Part shown: piece by piece, positions 35,760 to 48,491 of the stretch
Position numbering within the stretch: position 1 is the first letter of the stretch
Layout of the letters: every line of letters starts with the position of its first letter
From: Octopus bimaculoides
Lineage: Eukaryota
Length of the DNA stretch: 53,022 nucleotides
NCBI RefSeq assembly: GCF_001194135.2
Contig: NC_068991.1
Location: 30,810,164-30,863,185 of the forward strand
Direction: 5' to 3'
Notes under the pieces: model-generated
Database searches by the model: none
What the model saw: the letters and a program-made list of their open reading frames with translations, nothing else
What the model was told of the DNA's origin: nothing
Made by a program: the position numbers and the translations under genes

Positions 35760-36505
35760 ACATATATCTGCTAATTTTAGTGCCTATCAACACGATGACA
35801 TTGGACACGAAACGTAGATAACCGAGGAATGTAAAGGTTAGGCTACATAACATATAACCTTAAGGAAAGGCAACATGGGAAAGGGTCAGGTAACCAGGGA
35901 GCAGCTTTATTGTTTTTTATGTATTATTGTTGTTGTTGTTATGTAGTGGTGGGGAAGACGAAGTAGAAGATAACTTTGGAAAGAATGAATCGCGTTGAAT
36001 GCCATTCTACTGATGTGTATGGTGGTGTTTTAGTGATAAATTACAGCAAACTTGTATACCTAGTCACTACATGATCAGTCTCCTTGCGACAAATAGCCAA
36101 ATATCCCTCACATGTCACCCTGGCGTCTGTTTTCTTTTGTTTAAAACTGATTCCTTCTGGAGCAAGTAGCAGTGTCCTTTACTCTGCTAGCACCTCCATC
36201 CTTGAAGAACGGTAAGAATCATACCGTTCGTGTTCCATTGACCATTGTTTTATGTCATCACTTTCCAGGAAAGACACGACCCTGAGAGAGTTTTCCAGGA
36301 GTTGACGTTTTAGAGCGAAAGAACTGGACGTCGACATTTTTGTAGAGTCTGAAGGACTGCACATTATACTGATCCTCTCTCCGTTTTTCTCTCTCCATTT
36401 TTTCCTCTCATCCCTTTCCCGGGCGTCAGATTAATACACCTGCTTGTTGTTCCCTCACCCGTCTTCGTCTTTTGTTTTGTGTGCATTTTATACATACACA
36501 CATAC

Positions 36506-36538
<33 letters not shown>

Positions 36539-37022
36539 CATGTATGTATAGAGTGTTGGGTGTGATGTACAGAAATTGAATATTGAGAAAAAAAGACGTC
36601 AGATTTTTGGAAAAAAATCTTTTTGGAAAATTTTTTTTCTAAAAATCTGAGGACATCTTTTTCCTCAATATATNNNNNNNNNNNNNNNNNNNNNNNNNNN
36701 NNNNNNNNNNNNNNNNNNNNNNNNNNNNNNNNNNNNNNNNNNNNNNNNNNNNNNNNNNNNNNNNNNNNNNNNNNNNNNNNNNNNNNNNNNNNNNNNNNNN
36801 NNNNNNNNNNNNNNNNNNNNNNNNNNNNNNNNNNNNNNNNNNNNNNNNNNNNNNNNNNNNNNNNNNNNNNNNNNNNNNNNNNNNNNNNNNNNNNNNNNNN
36901 NNNNNNNNNNNNNNNNNNNNNNNNNNNNNNNNNNNNNNNNNNNNNNNNNNNNNNNNNNNNNNNNNNNNNNNNNNNNNNNNNNNNNNNNNNNNNACACACA
37001 CACACACACACACACATATATA

Positions 37023-37234
37023 CGTTGGGTGCTGAAAAGTACCTGACTTTCGATAAAAGGAAATACAGGAGGATCAGTTATGATTTTATTCAACATATTC
37101 CTCTCTCAGATTGACACATTTATTGCAGCGGTCCATCAATTTTTCTATACCCTGCAAAAGAACTTGGAAGGTTGAGCCTCCAACTAGGCCCTTCGCGATA
37201 CCCTTAAAGTCACGAATCTTTCAGCATCCCCTCG
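37023..37234 (-). mobile_element. Tc1/mariner-derived MITE (same family as 14887-15066, opposite orientation)
   Basis: TA|CGTTGGGTGCTGAAAAGTACCTGACTTT ... AAAGTCACGAATCTTTCAGCATCCCCTCG|TA. The minus strand keeps the transposase C-terminus DRCNKCVNLREEYVE*. Confidence 0.8.
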
Positions 37235-38460
37235 TATATATCTTAAAGAATAGGAGACTGATACATTTTCAGAATTGTTTTTAACAGTTAATTATACACT
37301 GTATTTCTTATCTCTTAAAGTAGTTAGCCGGTACCTGTACTATACTTGGATAATTTATCCACATACACTCGTTATGTATGTATACATACATATACGCGTA
37401 GGAGTGTGGTTTTGCCCTTCATGATGTCTCTACTTCATACTTAAACCAACATACAGACACAATTATGTGTGTGTGCTTACGTACATTTGTATGTACGTAC
37501 ATATGTATGTATGCATGTATGTATGTATGTATTTATGTATACGTGCAAATTTGTATGTTTTGTTTTATGTATGCATTCTCATGCATATAGTTGCATATCT
37601 AGACATGTTCAAATATACTTAAATGATAAACTTCTGGAAAGTTTTACAGAGTTTTACAGGTCCAGCGATGGCTTGGATCTGTAGTCTTCGAATCAGGCTT
37701 TTTCCCTTCTGGTTTTTAGAAGCCTAATTTCTCAAGACTGCTATTTTAGCAGTGTGTTACATATCTCAGTGCCCCAATAATTACAGGTATAAACCTGAAC
37801 TTGTGATCTGGATAGTGTAACTGATTCCTCAGTAGTTCAGTGTAGGTATTTTCTTTGTATGTATGTATGTATGTATGTATGTATATATGTATGTATGTAT
37901 GTATGTATTTGTTCATCCGATGAGCTTCTGCAGTTTTCTTGTACTAAACCGAACACTCAAATCATCTCGAAGGTCTTGCTAGAACGCACAAGCCTCCGGT
38001 GACACGCTATTAGATCGAACATCTGAAGATGCGGTTGCAAAACGTAAAAAGTAAAAAGAGAAAATGGCAGAAACTTTTTATAAACATTCTCCTAACTTCA
38101 AATACTCCCAGGAATTTGTCGAGAGGCATTTTGGTTGGTATGCTGAGTAGAAGAAATGATTACGTAATAACTCATCTAGTTTGACTTTGGTAGAATGTTG
38201 TTTGGAATTACAGAATGACATGCTCTACAAAGATCAATTTTCGCTAATTAAATAAAAAGCTTTTTTTTCTGAGTTTCTATTTTTCTTGTTTAGTTTCAGT
38301 CAAATTTTCATTTGAATATTTTGTAAGTTAATAGGAATATTTTGCTATTCATTTCTCTAATTCTAAAAATACTTTTTGCATATTTATCTCTCCGCGTTTC
38401 TCTCCCTCTCTCTCAGCCTGTGTCTTTCACTTCCAGCACATGTCTCTCTCACTCTCTCTC

Positions 38461-38532
<72 letters not shown>

Positions 38533-39489
38533 GCTTGCTCTCTGTCCCCTGAGAATTTGGAACCAGGAACCACTTGTTACGACTACAGAAAGGGTATTGT
38601 CAGGATTGGCAACCACGAGGTGTCTGTCATCTTATATTCTGTCAAGGGAAAATATCAAATAACGCCAAAATAAATTACATCTACTGACAACTTTAAATGT
38701 GCCTAACATAGCCACTGAATTTTAATTTGTATACGCATGTATGTATGTACGTACGAACGATGCACGTGTATGTATGCATGTATGTGTGTGTATGTATGAG
38801 CATGCGTATGTATGTTTGTGTGTAAAGTATATATACCGACACTCACAGAAACCGACGTAAATACACATAATACCAGAGATGTGAGTAGAGTTGCTAAAAA
38901 GTAGAAGTTAATCATTGTAGCCAACATATAAGTTTTGTAACAATCATGCTATACTCCAACATTTGACTGATACTAGTAAAGCGAAACTTTCCTTACTCGA
39001 AATTACAACGATGCTCATGTATTGAGTACGTTTTTTCACGATAGTAAATTCCAGCATGTCCCTCACCTCTTCTCTCTCTCACTCTCTTGTGCACATGTGT
39101 GTATGTATGAAGCAAGCATGGCATAGGGAGAAAGAAAACGAAACCATGAGATACATATTAAAGTAAGTATACATTACCCGGAGCTAAGCTTAAATTACAT
39201 ACATTACATGGTACTCGTCAGTGGGAGAACGTCTATGTTTTTATAGACGTAGGCGAGATCATGCTCTGGTTATCGTCTAATGGAAAGGGAACGAAGCAGA
39301 AGTAATCGAGACACGGTGGCTCTACCGTACGCTAAAATAGCAAACATCTGGGTAAACTTCACACAAAGGGCTCAACAGAGTCTAAATTTTAGACTTCATA
39401 CTTTATTAAAGGAATTAGACTTGTATATCAGTCAGTGGACTGTAGTCTTGCTGGGGCACCGTTGTGAGAAGTTTTACTTCTACAAATAG

Positions 39490-39615
39490 ACTCCCAGTAC
39501 TTATTTCTTAAGCCTGGTACTTATTTTATCCGTTTATTTTGCTGAACCATGAAGTTACAGGGACGTAAACAAGTGAACGCCGATCGTGAAACGGTGGCTG
39601 GGGACAAACACAAAC
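39490..39615 (-). mobile_element. SINE family B tail fragment
   Basis: CCCAGTACTTATTTCTTAAGCCTGGTACTTATTTTATC...AAGTTACAGGGACGTAAAC...GGGGACAAACAC. Confidence 0.65.
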
Positions 39616-39877
39616 GCACGCGCGCATAGATTTGTGCAAATATAGCAAGAACATAAGATAAATGTCAGTTTAAATATTTAGTTCCTACGTACGTTTCACA
39701 TTAGTCTTTATTTGGAACTCACTATTGGATATGTCAAGTGCATTTGGATGCCTAACTGCAATGGGTCATCAGAAAACACTTTATTGCATTGTCACAGAGA
39801 TCAAATACATACATACATACATACATACATACATACATACATACATACATAAATACATACATACATACATACATAAA

Positions 39878-39909
<32 letters not shown>

Positions 39910-41597
39910 AAAATACCCTGTTGTTGATGTTGAAATTCCAATGAAGGTGCCTTGACGCTAAGATTGACCTGTTTTTTCTCTATTGGCAAGAAATCTTGAA
40001 ATAAAACTGGACAATGACATACATACACGCACACATGTATATATATATATATATATNNNNNNNNNNNNNNNNNNNNNNNNNNNNNNNNNNNNNNNNNNNN
40101 NNNNNNNNNNNNNNNNNNNNNNNNNNNNNNNNNNNNNNNNNNNNNNNNNNNNNNNNNNNNNNNNNNNNNNNNNNNNNNNNNNNNNNNNNNNNNNNNNNNN
40201 NNNNNNNNNNNNNNNNNNNNNNNNNNNNNNNNNNNNNNNNNNNNNNNNNNNNNNNNNNNNNNNNNNNNNNNNNNNNNNNNNNNNNNNNNNNNNNNNNNNN
40301 NNNNNNNNNNNNNNNNNNNNNNNNNNNNNNNNNNNNNNNNNNNNNNNNNNNNNNNNNNNNNNNNNNNNNNNNNNNNNNNNNNNNNNNNNNNNNNNNNNNN
40401 NNNNNNNNNNNNNNNNNNNNNNNNNNNNNNNNNNNNNNNNNNNNNNNNNNNNNNNNNNNNNNNNNNNNNNNNNNNNNNNNNNNNNNNNNNNNNNNNNNNN
40501 NNNNNNNNNNNNNNNNNNNNNNNNNNNNNNNNNNNNNNNNNNNNNNNNNNNNNNNNNNNNNNNNNNNNNNNNNNNNNNNNNNNNNNNNNNNNNNNNNNNN
40601 NNNNNNNNNNNNNNNNNNNNNNNNNNNNNNNNNNNNNNNNNNNNNNNNNNNNNNNNNNNNNNNNNNNNNNNNNNNNNNNNNNNNNNNNNNNNNNNNNNNN
40701 NNNNNNNNNNNNNNNNNNNNNNNNNNNNNNNNNNNNNNNNNNNNNNNNNNNNNNNNNNNNNNNNNNNNNNNNNNNNNNNNNNNNNNNNNNNNNNNNNNNN
40801 NNNNNNNNNNNNCCTATTCCACGAAACAAATGTATGTACCTTGATGTTTTACTTTAATGGAGAAAATGATACATATAAGTCGAGATTCGAAGTGAATTAT
40901 AGTATCTGCACAGTAAGTATGTATTAAACGATAGGAATATGTGGTGCCATTTTAATTCTGTGTTACACATGTTTCATAATAATATGGGAAATACATTTTA
41001 TGACAATGAATATTAGTATAAGTATTAATAAAGACGTATATTAGCGACAGATGCAGTATCAATACCGTGAGGTAATATTTATCTCCACTTAAACGTGGAT
41101 GTTCTATAAGAACAAGCTATACCGCTGTAGATACCATGAGACAAACTCTCATAGTGGCTTTTGGTACAAACTGCACTTTCTGTCATGGTCAATGCGACGA
41201 CCACACGCTTCACACCTTCCTTCTTAGCACTGCTGTAAATAGCAAAAGTGAGCTAGAACGTTAAAACTTAGTGCACATACACAGCAGAGTTTAAGGTAAA
41301 TTTGTGCCAAGTGGCTTCGCTCTGCGTGCTTTTGCTTCGTTACTATAGCAACAGTCCGGACACTTATTGATCAGACCTAGTACACTCACACATACGAAAA
41401 TATTCATATATCATATACACACACTCACAGCCACAGTACAAATATACGAAGGGGAGTTAGAAAGTAATGAAAATAAAAATTGCACATAAACATGTATATC
41501 TGTATGTATGTATGTATGTATGTATGTATGTATGTATGTATAGGTGATCGTTTGTAACTACAAATTGAAAAAGTTCTTTAAATTTAAAGCGTAGTAA

Positions 41598-41810
41598 AGG
41601 CGATGAGCTGGCAGAATCGTCTGCACACCGGGCAAATTCCTTAGCGGCATTTTGTCCGTTTTTACTGAGTTCAAATTCCACCGGTATCGATTTTTCCTTT
41701 TATACTCTCGGGGTCGACGATATAAGTACCAGTTGAACACTGCGGTCAATGCAATCGACAGTCCCCCTCTCCTGAAATTGTTCGCCTTGTGCCAAAATTT
41801 GAAGCCAATA
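41598..41810 (+). mobile_element. Full-length SINE family A copy
   Basis: AGGCGATGAGCTGGCAGAATCG (A box), GAGTTCAAATTCC (B box) and CGGGGTCGACGATATAAGTACCAGTTG (central domain). Confidence 0.8.
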
Positions 41811-42299
41811 TTTCAAGCGTAATGTTAATTCGTATTGTGTAGATTTGTGTAGTCTAGTGTAGCATAGTATTGTGTATTCTTTTATTTATTTCAGCTATAT
41901 GGCTGTGGTCATGCTGGAGCACCATAAGTGCACAGTGCTGTGTTTATACCGTATAATATAATATAATGTAGTGCAGCCTAGTAATTGGAGTGTGTCTAAT
42001 ATATTCTCATACTTCATGTTGATATGAATTAATTAAGGTCAGGCATATTTGATATATCGCACGAGAGAACTTCGATGTGATCAATCGACTCAGCGTTCAA
42101 ACGTGAATAAACAATAAAACAACAAAAAGAAGACATTATCTGGGAAGTATTCGCTGCAGAAGAATAAAAAAAAAGAAATGAGTCATAAAAATAAATAAAA
42201 TCAGACAGAAATCTTCATGTCCTTCATGTTCGACTGAAATGAAGTCATATGAAACGGGAAGTCGACATATTGTAAAACAACTAATGGACGTAAGAACAA

Positions 42300-42616
42300 T
42301 AGATAACTTGACTTACAAAATTATCGGACATATGTGATATTTTGTATGACTAAATCTCAGAACAATTTTGTCACTGAAGAGATCATCCATCTTTGAATGG
42401 AAAAATAGGGAAGCAAAGGAGTTACATGTCTTTCTTATTGCCAGGAAACTAATACAAATAGCCACAAAACACGAGCAAAACAAAAAACTGTTTTCAGTAT
42501 TTAAGGAAGCTGACAAATACAAACAAGAAATCAATCTACCTAACAAATACGAAGAAGAAGAAGAAGAAACAACAAAAGCTATAAAACAAATGAAATCCAA
42601 ACTAAAACTAGAACAG
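42300..42616 (+). mobile_element. R4/Dong-like LINE fragment (region between RT and zinc finger)
   Basis: KLIQIATKHEQNKKLFSVFKEADKYKQEINLPNKYEEEEEETTKAIKQMKSKLKLEQ, recognised from memory as the post-RT region of this LINE family; not verified by search. Confidence 0.5.
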
Positions 42617-43051
42617 NNNNNNNNNNATTATCGTCATCAAAATGACTTCCAAGTGAACAGTTGTCAGTTGCTGGAATCTTGAGACCTGACAGCCGGCTGC
42701 TTGATCAATGGATGGGAAAGGCTGGGAGAGACAGTCGCGTAAAGAACAAGGAATAAATTTACAAAGACTAGGACAGGAGAGGATGGAGGTTAGGAGAGGG
42801 AGAGTGACAACGGGAGTATGGTGTGCGTGTGTGTGTTTGTGCGTGTGTGTGAGGTGTGCGTGCGTGTGTCTGTGTGTGTGTGTTTGTGTATGTGTGTCTG
42901 TGTCTGTGCATGTGTGCATGGAGAGAGGGAAAGAAAATAATGAATAAAAAGGATGAAAAAAAAAGGACAAACACAAAGTATAATGAAAATAACAGAGGAG
43001 GACAGAGAGAAAAAAACAGAGAATATGTGTTGGCTTAGAGAAAAATGTAAT

Positions 43052-43500
43052 GGCAAGCCTGTGTGGTAAGGAGTTTGATTCCCAAACTCATGGTTTCGTG
43101 TTCAGTCCAGCTGCATGACACGTCGGGCGTCTTCCTCAGTAGCTCCGGGCCGATCAAAGCCTTGCGAGTGGATTTGGTAGACGGAAACTGGAAGAAGCCC
43201 GTTATGAATATTTGTGTATATGTGCGTGTGTGTATGTGAGTGTGTGTCTGTGTGTCTGTGTGTCTGTGTGTGTCTGAGTGTGGGAGAGAGAGAGACTGTG
43301 TCCTTGTGTTTGTTTCCCACCACCGCTTGAAATCGCTGTTGGTTTGTTTATGTCTCCATAACTTAGCAAAAGAGACGATAGAATAATTACCAAGCTTAAA
43401 AATGTAAGTACTAGGGTCAATTTGTCCCTCTAAATTCTACAATGCAGTGCCCCAACATAACCGCAGACCAATGACTGAAACAAGTAAAAGTAAAAAAAAA
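43052..43500 (+). mobile_element. SINE family B (tRNA head plus CORE-like domain, internal TG repeat)
   Basis: CTGTGTGGTAAGGAGTTTGATTCCCAA...CCGATCAAAGCCTTGCGAGTGGATTTGGTAGACGGAAACTG...AATGACTGAAACAAGTAAAAG; collinear with 51882-52337. Confidence 0.8.
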
Positions 43501-45445
43501 GGGTTATCTCCCTATTTATACGTAAGTATACACAGACACCAACACAGAAAGAGAGAGGGGGAGAGGAAGAGAGAAGGGGAGGGAGGGAGAGAGAGAGTGG
43601 ATCCCTTACGAAATATTCTTACCGACCCCAAACTGAAATATTAAAAAAAAAAGAACACTCAGAAGACATTTGTGATTTGAACATATGTATGTCTGTAGAT
43701 ACGGGTTTCCCATAAGTAATCATAGACTCTCAACAAAATGAATAAACAAACAAACAAACAAACAAATAAATAAATAAATAAATAAATAAATATATAAACG
43801 ATGTGGGAGACCTTAACTAATGAGATAACATTTGTGCATTGGTTTTTTTTTTAGTGTTTGAGAATACCAGCGTTGATGATATGTCATAAAATATATGGGG
43901 AAGCTACTTGAAAATTTTGTTCCGATGCCGGAAGAAAACTATGCAGCATGAAGGGTGATGCCAAAACCGGAAACTCCCGTCCGCAAAGGGTCACAGCAGC
44001 AACCTGCGGAGAAGAGTTTGTCATTTAAAGGTTTTCAGTTACAGAGTTGTCTCTACAAAGGAGAGTTACTTTTGAATCATTTTATATGTATCTACACATG
44101 TTTCTCTCATGCATATCTGACTAGCAACAATCAAAGCAGAGCTGCTGTGAGAGATTCGGTTATCTACTAACTCGAGGTGTCACAAAACATTGAATCGAAC
44201 CAACAAAAGTATCCGAGACAATACTAAAAACGTATGATGTTCACCTGTGACAGCGATGATCCAGTATAGTCCTGGTACAAACTATCGTATTATATTAGAT
44301 AGATATAGTGTTTTAACGGTTGAACTCGAAGTAGATAATGCTATAAATAATGGCCTGTAGAATATAGGGTTAAAAATAACTTAGATAGCAAATTACCAAA
44401 CCACTTCTAGCGTGATTCGAGCCTATATTCGTCTGAGGTCAATGTCCTACCATTATACCAAAGCAAACTCTTGAAGTTTCTCTAGAAGTCTATATATGTA
44501 TATATATATANNNNNNNNNNNNNNNNNNNNNNNNNNNNNNNNNNNNNNNNNNNNNNNNNNNNNNNNNNNNNNNNNNNNNNNNNNNNNNNNNNNNNNNNNN
44601 NNNNNNNNNNNNNNNNNNNNNNNNNNNNNNNNNNNNNNNNNNNNNNNNNNNNNNNNNNNNNNNNNNNNNNNNNNNNNNNNNNNNNNNNNNNNNNNNNNNN
44701 NNNNNNNNNNNNNNNNNNNNNNNNNNNNNNNNNNNNNNNNNNNNNNNNNNNNNNNNNNNNNNNNNNNNNNNNNNNNNNNNNNNNNNNNNNNNNNNNNNNN
44801 NNNNNNNNNNNNNNNNNNNNNNNNNNNNNNNNNNNNNNNNNNNNNNNNNNNNNNNNNNNNNNNNNNNNNNNNNNNNNNNNNNNNNNNNNNNNNNNNNNNN
44901 NNNNNNNNNNNNNNNNNNNNNNNNNNNNNNNNNNNNNNNNNNNNNNNNNNNNNNNNNNNNNNNNNNNNNNNNNNNNNNNNNNNNNNNNNNNNNNNNNNNN
45001 NNNNNNNNNNNNNNNNNNNNNNNNNNNNNNNNNNNNNNNNNNNNNNNNNNNNNNNNNNNNNNNNNNNNNNNNNNNNNNNNNNNNNNNNNNNNNNNNNNNN
45101 NNNNNNNNNNNNNNNNNNNNNNNNNNNNNNNNNNNNNNNNNNNNNNNNNNNNNNNNNNNNNNNNNNNNNNNNNNNNNNNNNNNNNNNNNNNNNNNNNNNN
45201 NNNNNNNNNNNNNNNNNNNNNNNNNNNNNNNNNNNNNNNNNNNNNNNNNNNNNNNNNNNNNNNNNNNNNNNNNNNNNNNNNNNNNNNNNNNNNNNNNNNN
45301 NNNNNNNNNNNNNNNNNNNNNNNNNNNNNNNNNNNNNNNNNNNNNNNNNNNNNNNNNNNNNNNNNNNNNNNNNNNNNNNNNNNNNNNNNNNNNNNNNNNN
45401 NNNNNNNNNNNNNNNNNNNNNNNNNNNNNNNNNNNNNNNNNNNNN

Positions 45446-45479
<34 letters not shown>

Positions 45480-45823
45480 TGCATTTATACACACACACAC
45501 ACATATATAATGAAAGTTTGTACGCATTAATGAAAGTGGAAAATTGTAGGTGCCAATAGTAGAAAGGCTATTTAAAAAGAATAGTGGCTTTGTACTTTCA
45601 CTGATGGATGACTGCAACAGACTATAGATGCTGAAAAATTGAACATCAGTTATACATGTAATTATATTTCGGAAGTGGTGTATAGTGAGTTGCTTTGTAC
45701 TGCCGTTAACAACTGTAGTATAATCAAACACCGATATCCATAGCTACAATATTTACACACAGACGAGTATGATCATAAGCAAAACATGGATATCTGTATA
45801 CACACACGCTCACACGCACACGT

Positions 45824-45867
<44 letters not shown>

Positions 45868-45955
45868 CTAACTAAAAGCATATGCACGAACACAAACCTA
45901 TATTCACATTAAAGTGAAACTTGATACTCCAATAAATATTTTCCAATAAAGAGGC

Positions 45956-45990
<35 letters not shown>

Positions 45991-45995
<5 letters not shown>

Positions 45996-46382
45996 CACCG
46001 TCGGTTACGACTACGAGGGTTCCAGTTGATCCGATCAACGGAACAGCCTGCTCGTGAAGTTAATGTGCAAGTAGCTGAGCATTCCACAGACACTTAACGT
46101 AGTTCTCGGGGAGATTCTACAGATCCTTAACGTAGGTCTCGGGGAAATTCAGCGTGACACAGAGTTTGACAAGGCTGGCCCTTTGAAATACAGGTACAAC
46201 AGAAACAGGAAGAAAGCGTGAGAGAAAGTTGTGGTGAAAGAGTACAGCAGTGTTCGTCCCCACCCCTGCTGGAGCCTCGTGGAGCTTTAGGTGCTTTCGC
46301 TCAATAAACACTCACAACGCCCGGTCTGGGAATCGAAACCGTGATCCTGCAATCGCGAGTCCGCTGCCTTAACCACTGGACA
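45991..46382 (-). mobile_element. SINE family C with a tRNA(Arg)-like head
   Basis: Minus head CCAGTGGTTAAGGCAGCGGACTCGCGATTGCAGGATCACGGTTTCGATTCCCAGACC (A box, UCG anticodon-like loop, B box), then a ~330-bp non-tRNA body ending at (TA)n. Confidence 0.75.
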
Positions 46383-46576
46383 TAAATACAGCAACTAATT
46401 GTATAGTGTTCCATGTTATCTATAATTTTAATTAACAACACTGAATATTGCAGACACATGTATGTTTCAAATTTAAGCGCTTGCGTTTTCCGTTTACCTG
46501 TGTATGTATGTGTGTGTGTGTGTCTGTGNNNNNNNNNNTATATATATATATATATATGCATGCATACATACATACA

Positions 46577-46612
<36 letters not shown>

Positions 46613-47475
46613 TGTATGTGTGTGTGTGTGTCTGTGAGTGTGTGTGATATATGTATTTACATATAAGTATGTATATATGTATACTGGAGGGAAAAAAGTG
46701 AAAGTGAGTACACAGGAATCGCGGTTGTCTTGTAAAATACTACCTGTAGAGTAAGGGCGAGCGACATCAAATCTACTGAATGTCACTTTGGGTGTTTGTT
46801 ATAAATATTTCACAACAACATAGAGTGAATATAAAAACAATATTTATAAGAAACCGATATGATTTAAAATGAAATGGAAATATCCCAAAATATATTATAT
46901 AATACGGGTGTCTACCCATCACCACGGTGGGTGTTTATTTTTTTGTCCTGAAACAACATGACTAGAGATGTATCATATTAATGTAAATACAAATATAGGA
47001 GAGATATAGACATAGAAAGGTGCCAACCATTCACCGAAATACCCATGTATTATATTTATTAGACACATGCATACATACATACAGACATACAGACAGACAT
47101 AATAGCATATATTCATATAAATACACACATATATACATATATAAATGCATATATACATGCATACGTACATACTACCTTTTATACAGATGTTAATGCATAC
47201 ACATATACATATATAAACGTATATATAAGCGTATGTGTGTGTGAATATGTCTATACTTATATGCTTCTATCTATACCTTTATCTTCCTATGTACATCTAT
47301 CTATTTATTCATCTATCCATCTATCTACCTTTATACACACGTATGCACAAACATACAACCATACCTACAAATGTGTTTGCCTATATATGTGTGTGTAAAT
47401 ATATATATATATATATATATGCATGTAATTATGTATGTATATATGTGTATATATAAATACATATATATATGTATG

Positions 47476-47541
<66 letters not shown>

Positions 47542-48251
47542 CATATATATGCATGTATGTGAGTGCGTGTGTGCATTGTATTTAAGATGTTAATTGTCAT
47601 TTCTTCAATAACTTTCATAATTATGTTTTAGAGAATCTATATCGTAGTAACTAATTAACGTAGACCTTTGGTTATATCAAAATTCCTCTCTTTCGATTCA
47701 GCAGTTTAAAACTAGATTTAGTTTATTTAGTTATGAAACTTGCTATCAACACGTCTTTATAAAAAACGAACCTTCTTTTTCGAAGTTATATATTCCAATC
47801 AATTTTTTTCGTTTTATACCAAAGAATTATTCGCGATTATTCGTTGATATCTTAAATATTTTCCTTTACATCCCAAATTCTGTATAAAACAATTACATCT
47901 TTTGATCTTATTCTGTAACCTTATATAGGTAACAGTGATTTTCTACATTTTCAACTTATAACCTTCCATTTTCTCAGTTTCTTTTAAACTGATGTCATTT
48001 GTTTTAATAATGACTGTCATTGAAGTAATATGCAGACATTTTTTTTCTTAATACAGACATACTATCAAACCATGTAACAGTCGGTGTCTTTTGAATACAT
48101 AAAACACGCACAGTTAATTGTCAACTCTTTTATATACATAACCAACTACAATGGTTTTTGCGCGAATATATCGAAGTATGTATATGAAGCAGTGATTTGA
48201 AACTGAACCGACAGAACCACTGTAGTTTCAAGTGATCGTTCTATTAAGCAG

Positions 48252-48318
48252 CCAATCAGCGTCAAGCCATTGCGTGTTTCAATCTTCTAGAATCTTCTGC
48301 TTGTACCCTGTATAAAAG
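48252..48318 (+). promoter_or_regulatory. Candidate Pol II core promoter (CCAAT box plus TATA box)
   Basis: AGCCAATCAG (CCAAT at 48252-48256) lies 59 bp upstream of TATAAAAG (48311-48318), in a CpG-enriched, non-repetitive block. Confidence 0.35.
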
Positions 48319-48389
48319 CTGCTTTGGCGCCCACACTCTTTGCCGCGCTTTCAGACTGACCGATTCATTCACATGCTTCACCTCTTGCC

Positions 48390-48491
48390 ATGCAGAATGT
48401 TGAAGCGGCTGAGCGATGCGTCTCCATTCTCGCCACGAATATAGCACAATCGTTTCCAGTTATGTTGGGTCAGTCACATTTTGCTAAATCA
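48390..48491 (+). CDS. Candidate first coding exon (34 codons), unidentified protein
   Basis: gccATG opens MQNVEAAERCVSILATNIAQSFPVMLGQSHFAKS, ending in phase 0 at the donor TCA|GTAAGC, downstream of the TATA box. No homolog recognised. Confidence 0.28.

Larger units (their letters stand above)
10614..45446. other. Assembly gaps (N runs)
   Basis: N runs at 10614-11329, 13435-13939, 19190-19366, 20005-20384, 21309-21619, 22794-23772, 25806-26251, 27695-27834, 31140-31927, 32622-32797, 36674-36993, 40057-40811 and 44511-45446, plus several 10-N spacers. Most abut (TA)n, (TG)n or (CA)n tracts. Confidence 0.99.

Noticed and set aside
38023-38046. CTGAAGATGCGGTTGCAAAACGTA hammerhead-like string
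   Set aside because: GAAA is broken, and the segment aligns as part of a diverged reverse SINE-B head (~37940-38050).
43915-44000. Minus frame VTLCGREFPVL resembling the insulin/relaxin B-chain LCGREF
   Set aside because: It lacks the second B-chain Cys, signal peptide and A chain; a 6-residue match is expected by chance.
44400-44460. tRNA-like sequence on minus (TGGTATAATGG...GGCTCGAATCAC); also an isolated GGTTCGATTCC at ~11433
   Set aside because: The B box is degenerate or the A box is missing and no cloverleaf can be folded; at most eroded SINE or tRNA debris.
10456-45731. Long ORFs (200-490 aa) in the six-frame track containing X runs
   Set aside because: They span N gaps and TA/TG repeats, so they are open only because N and these repeats give no stop codons.
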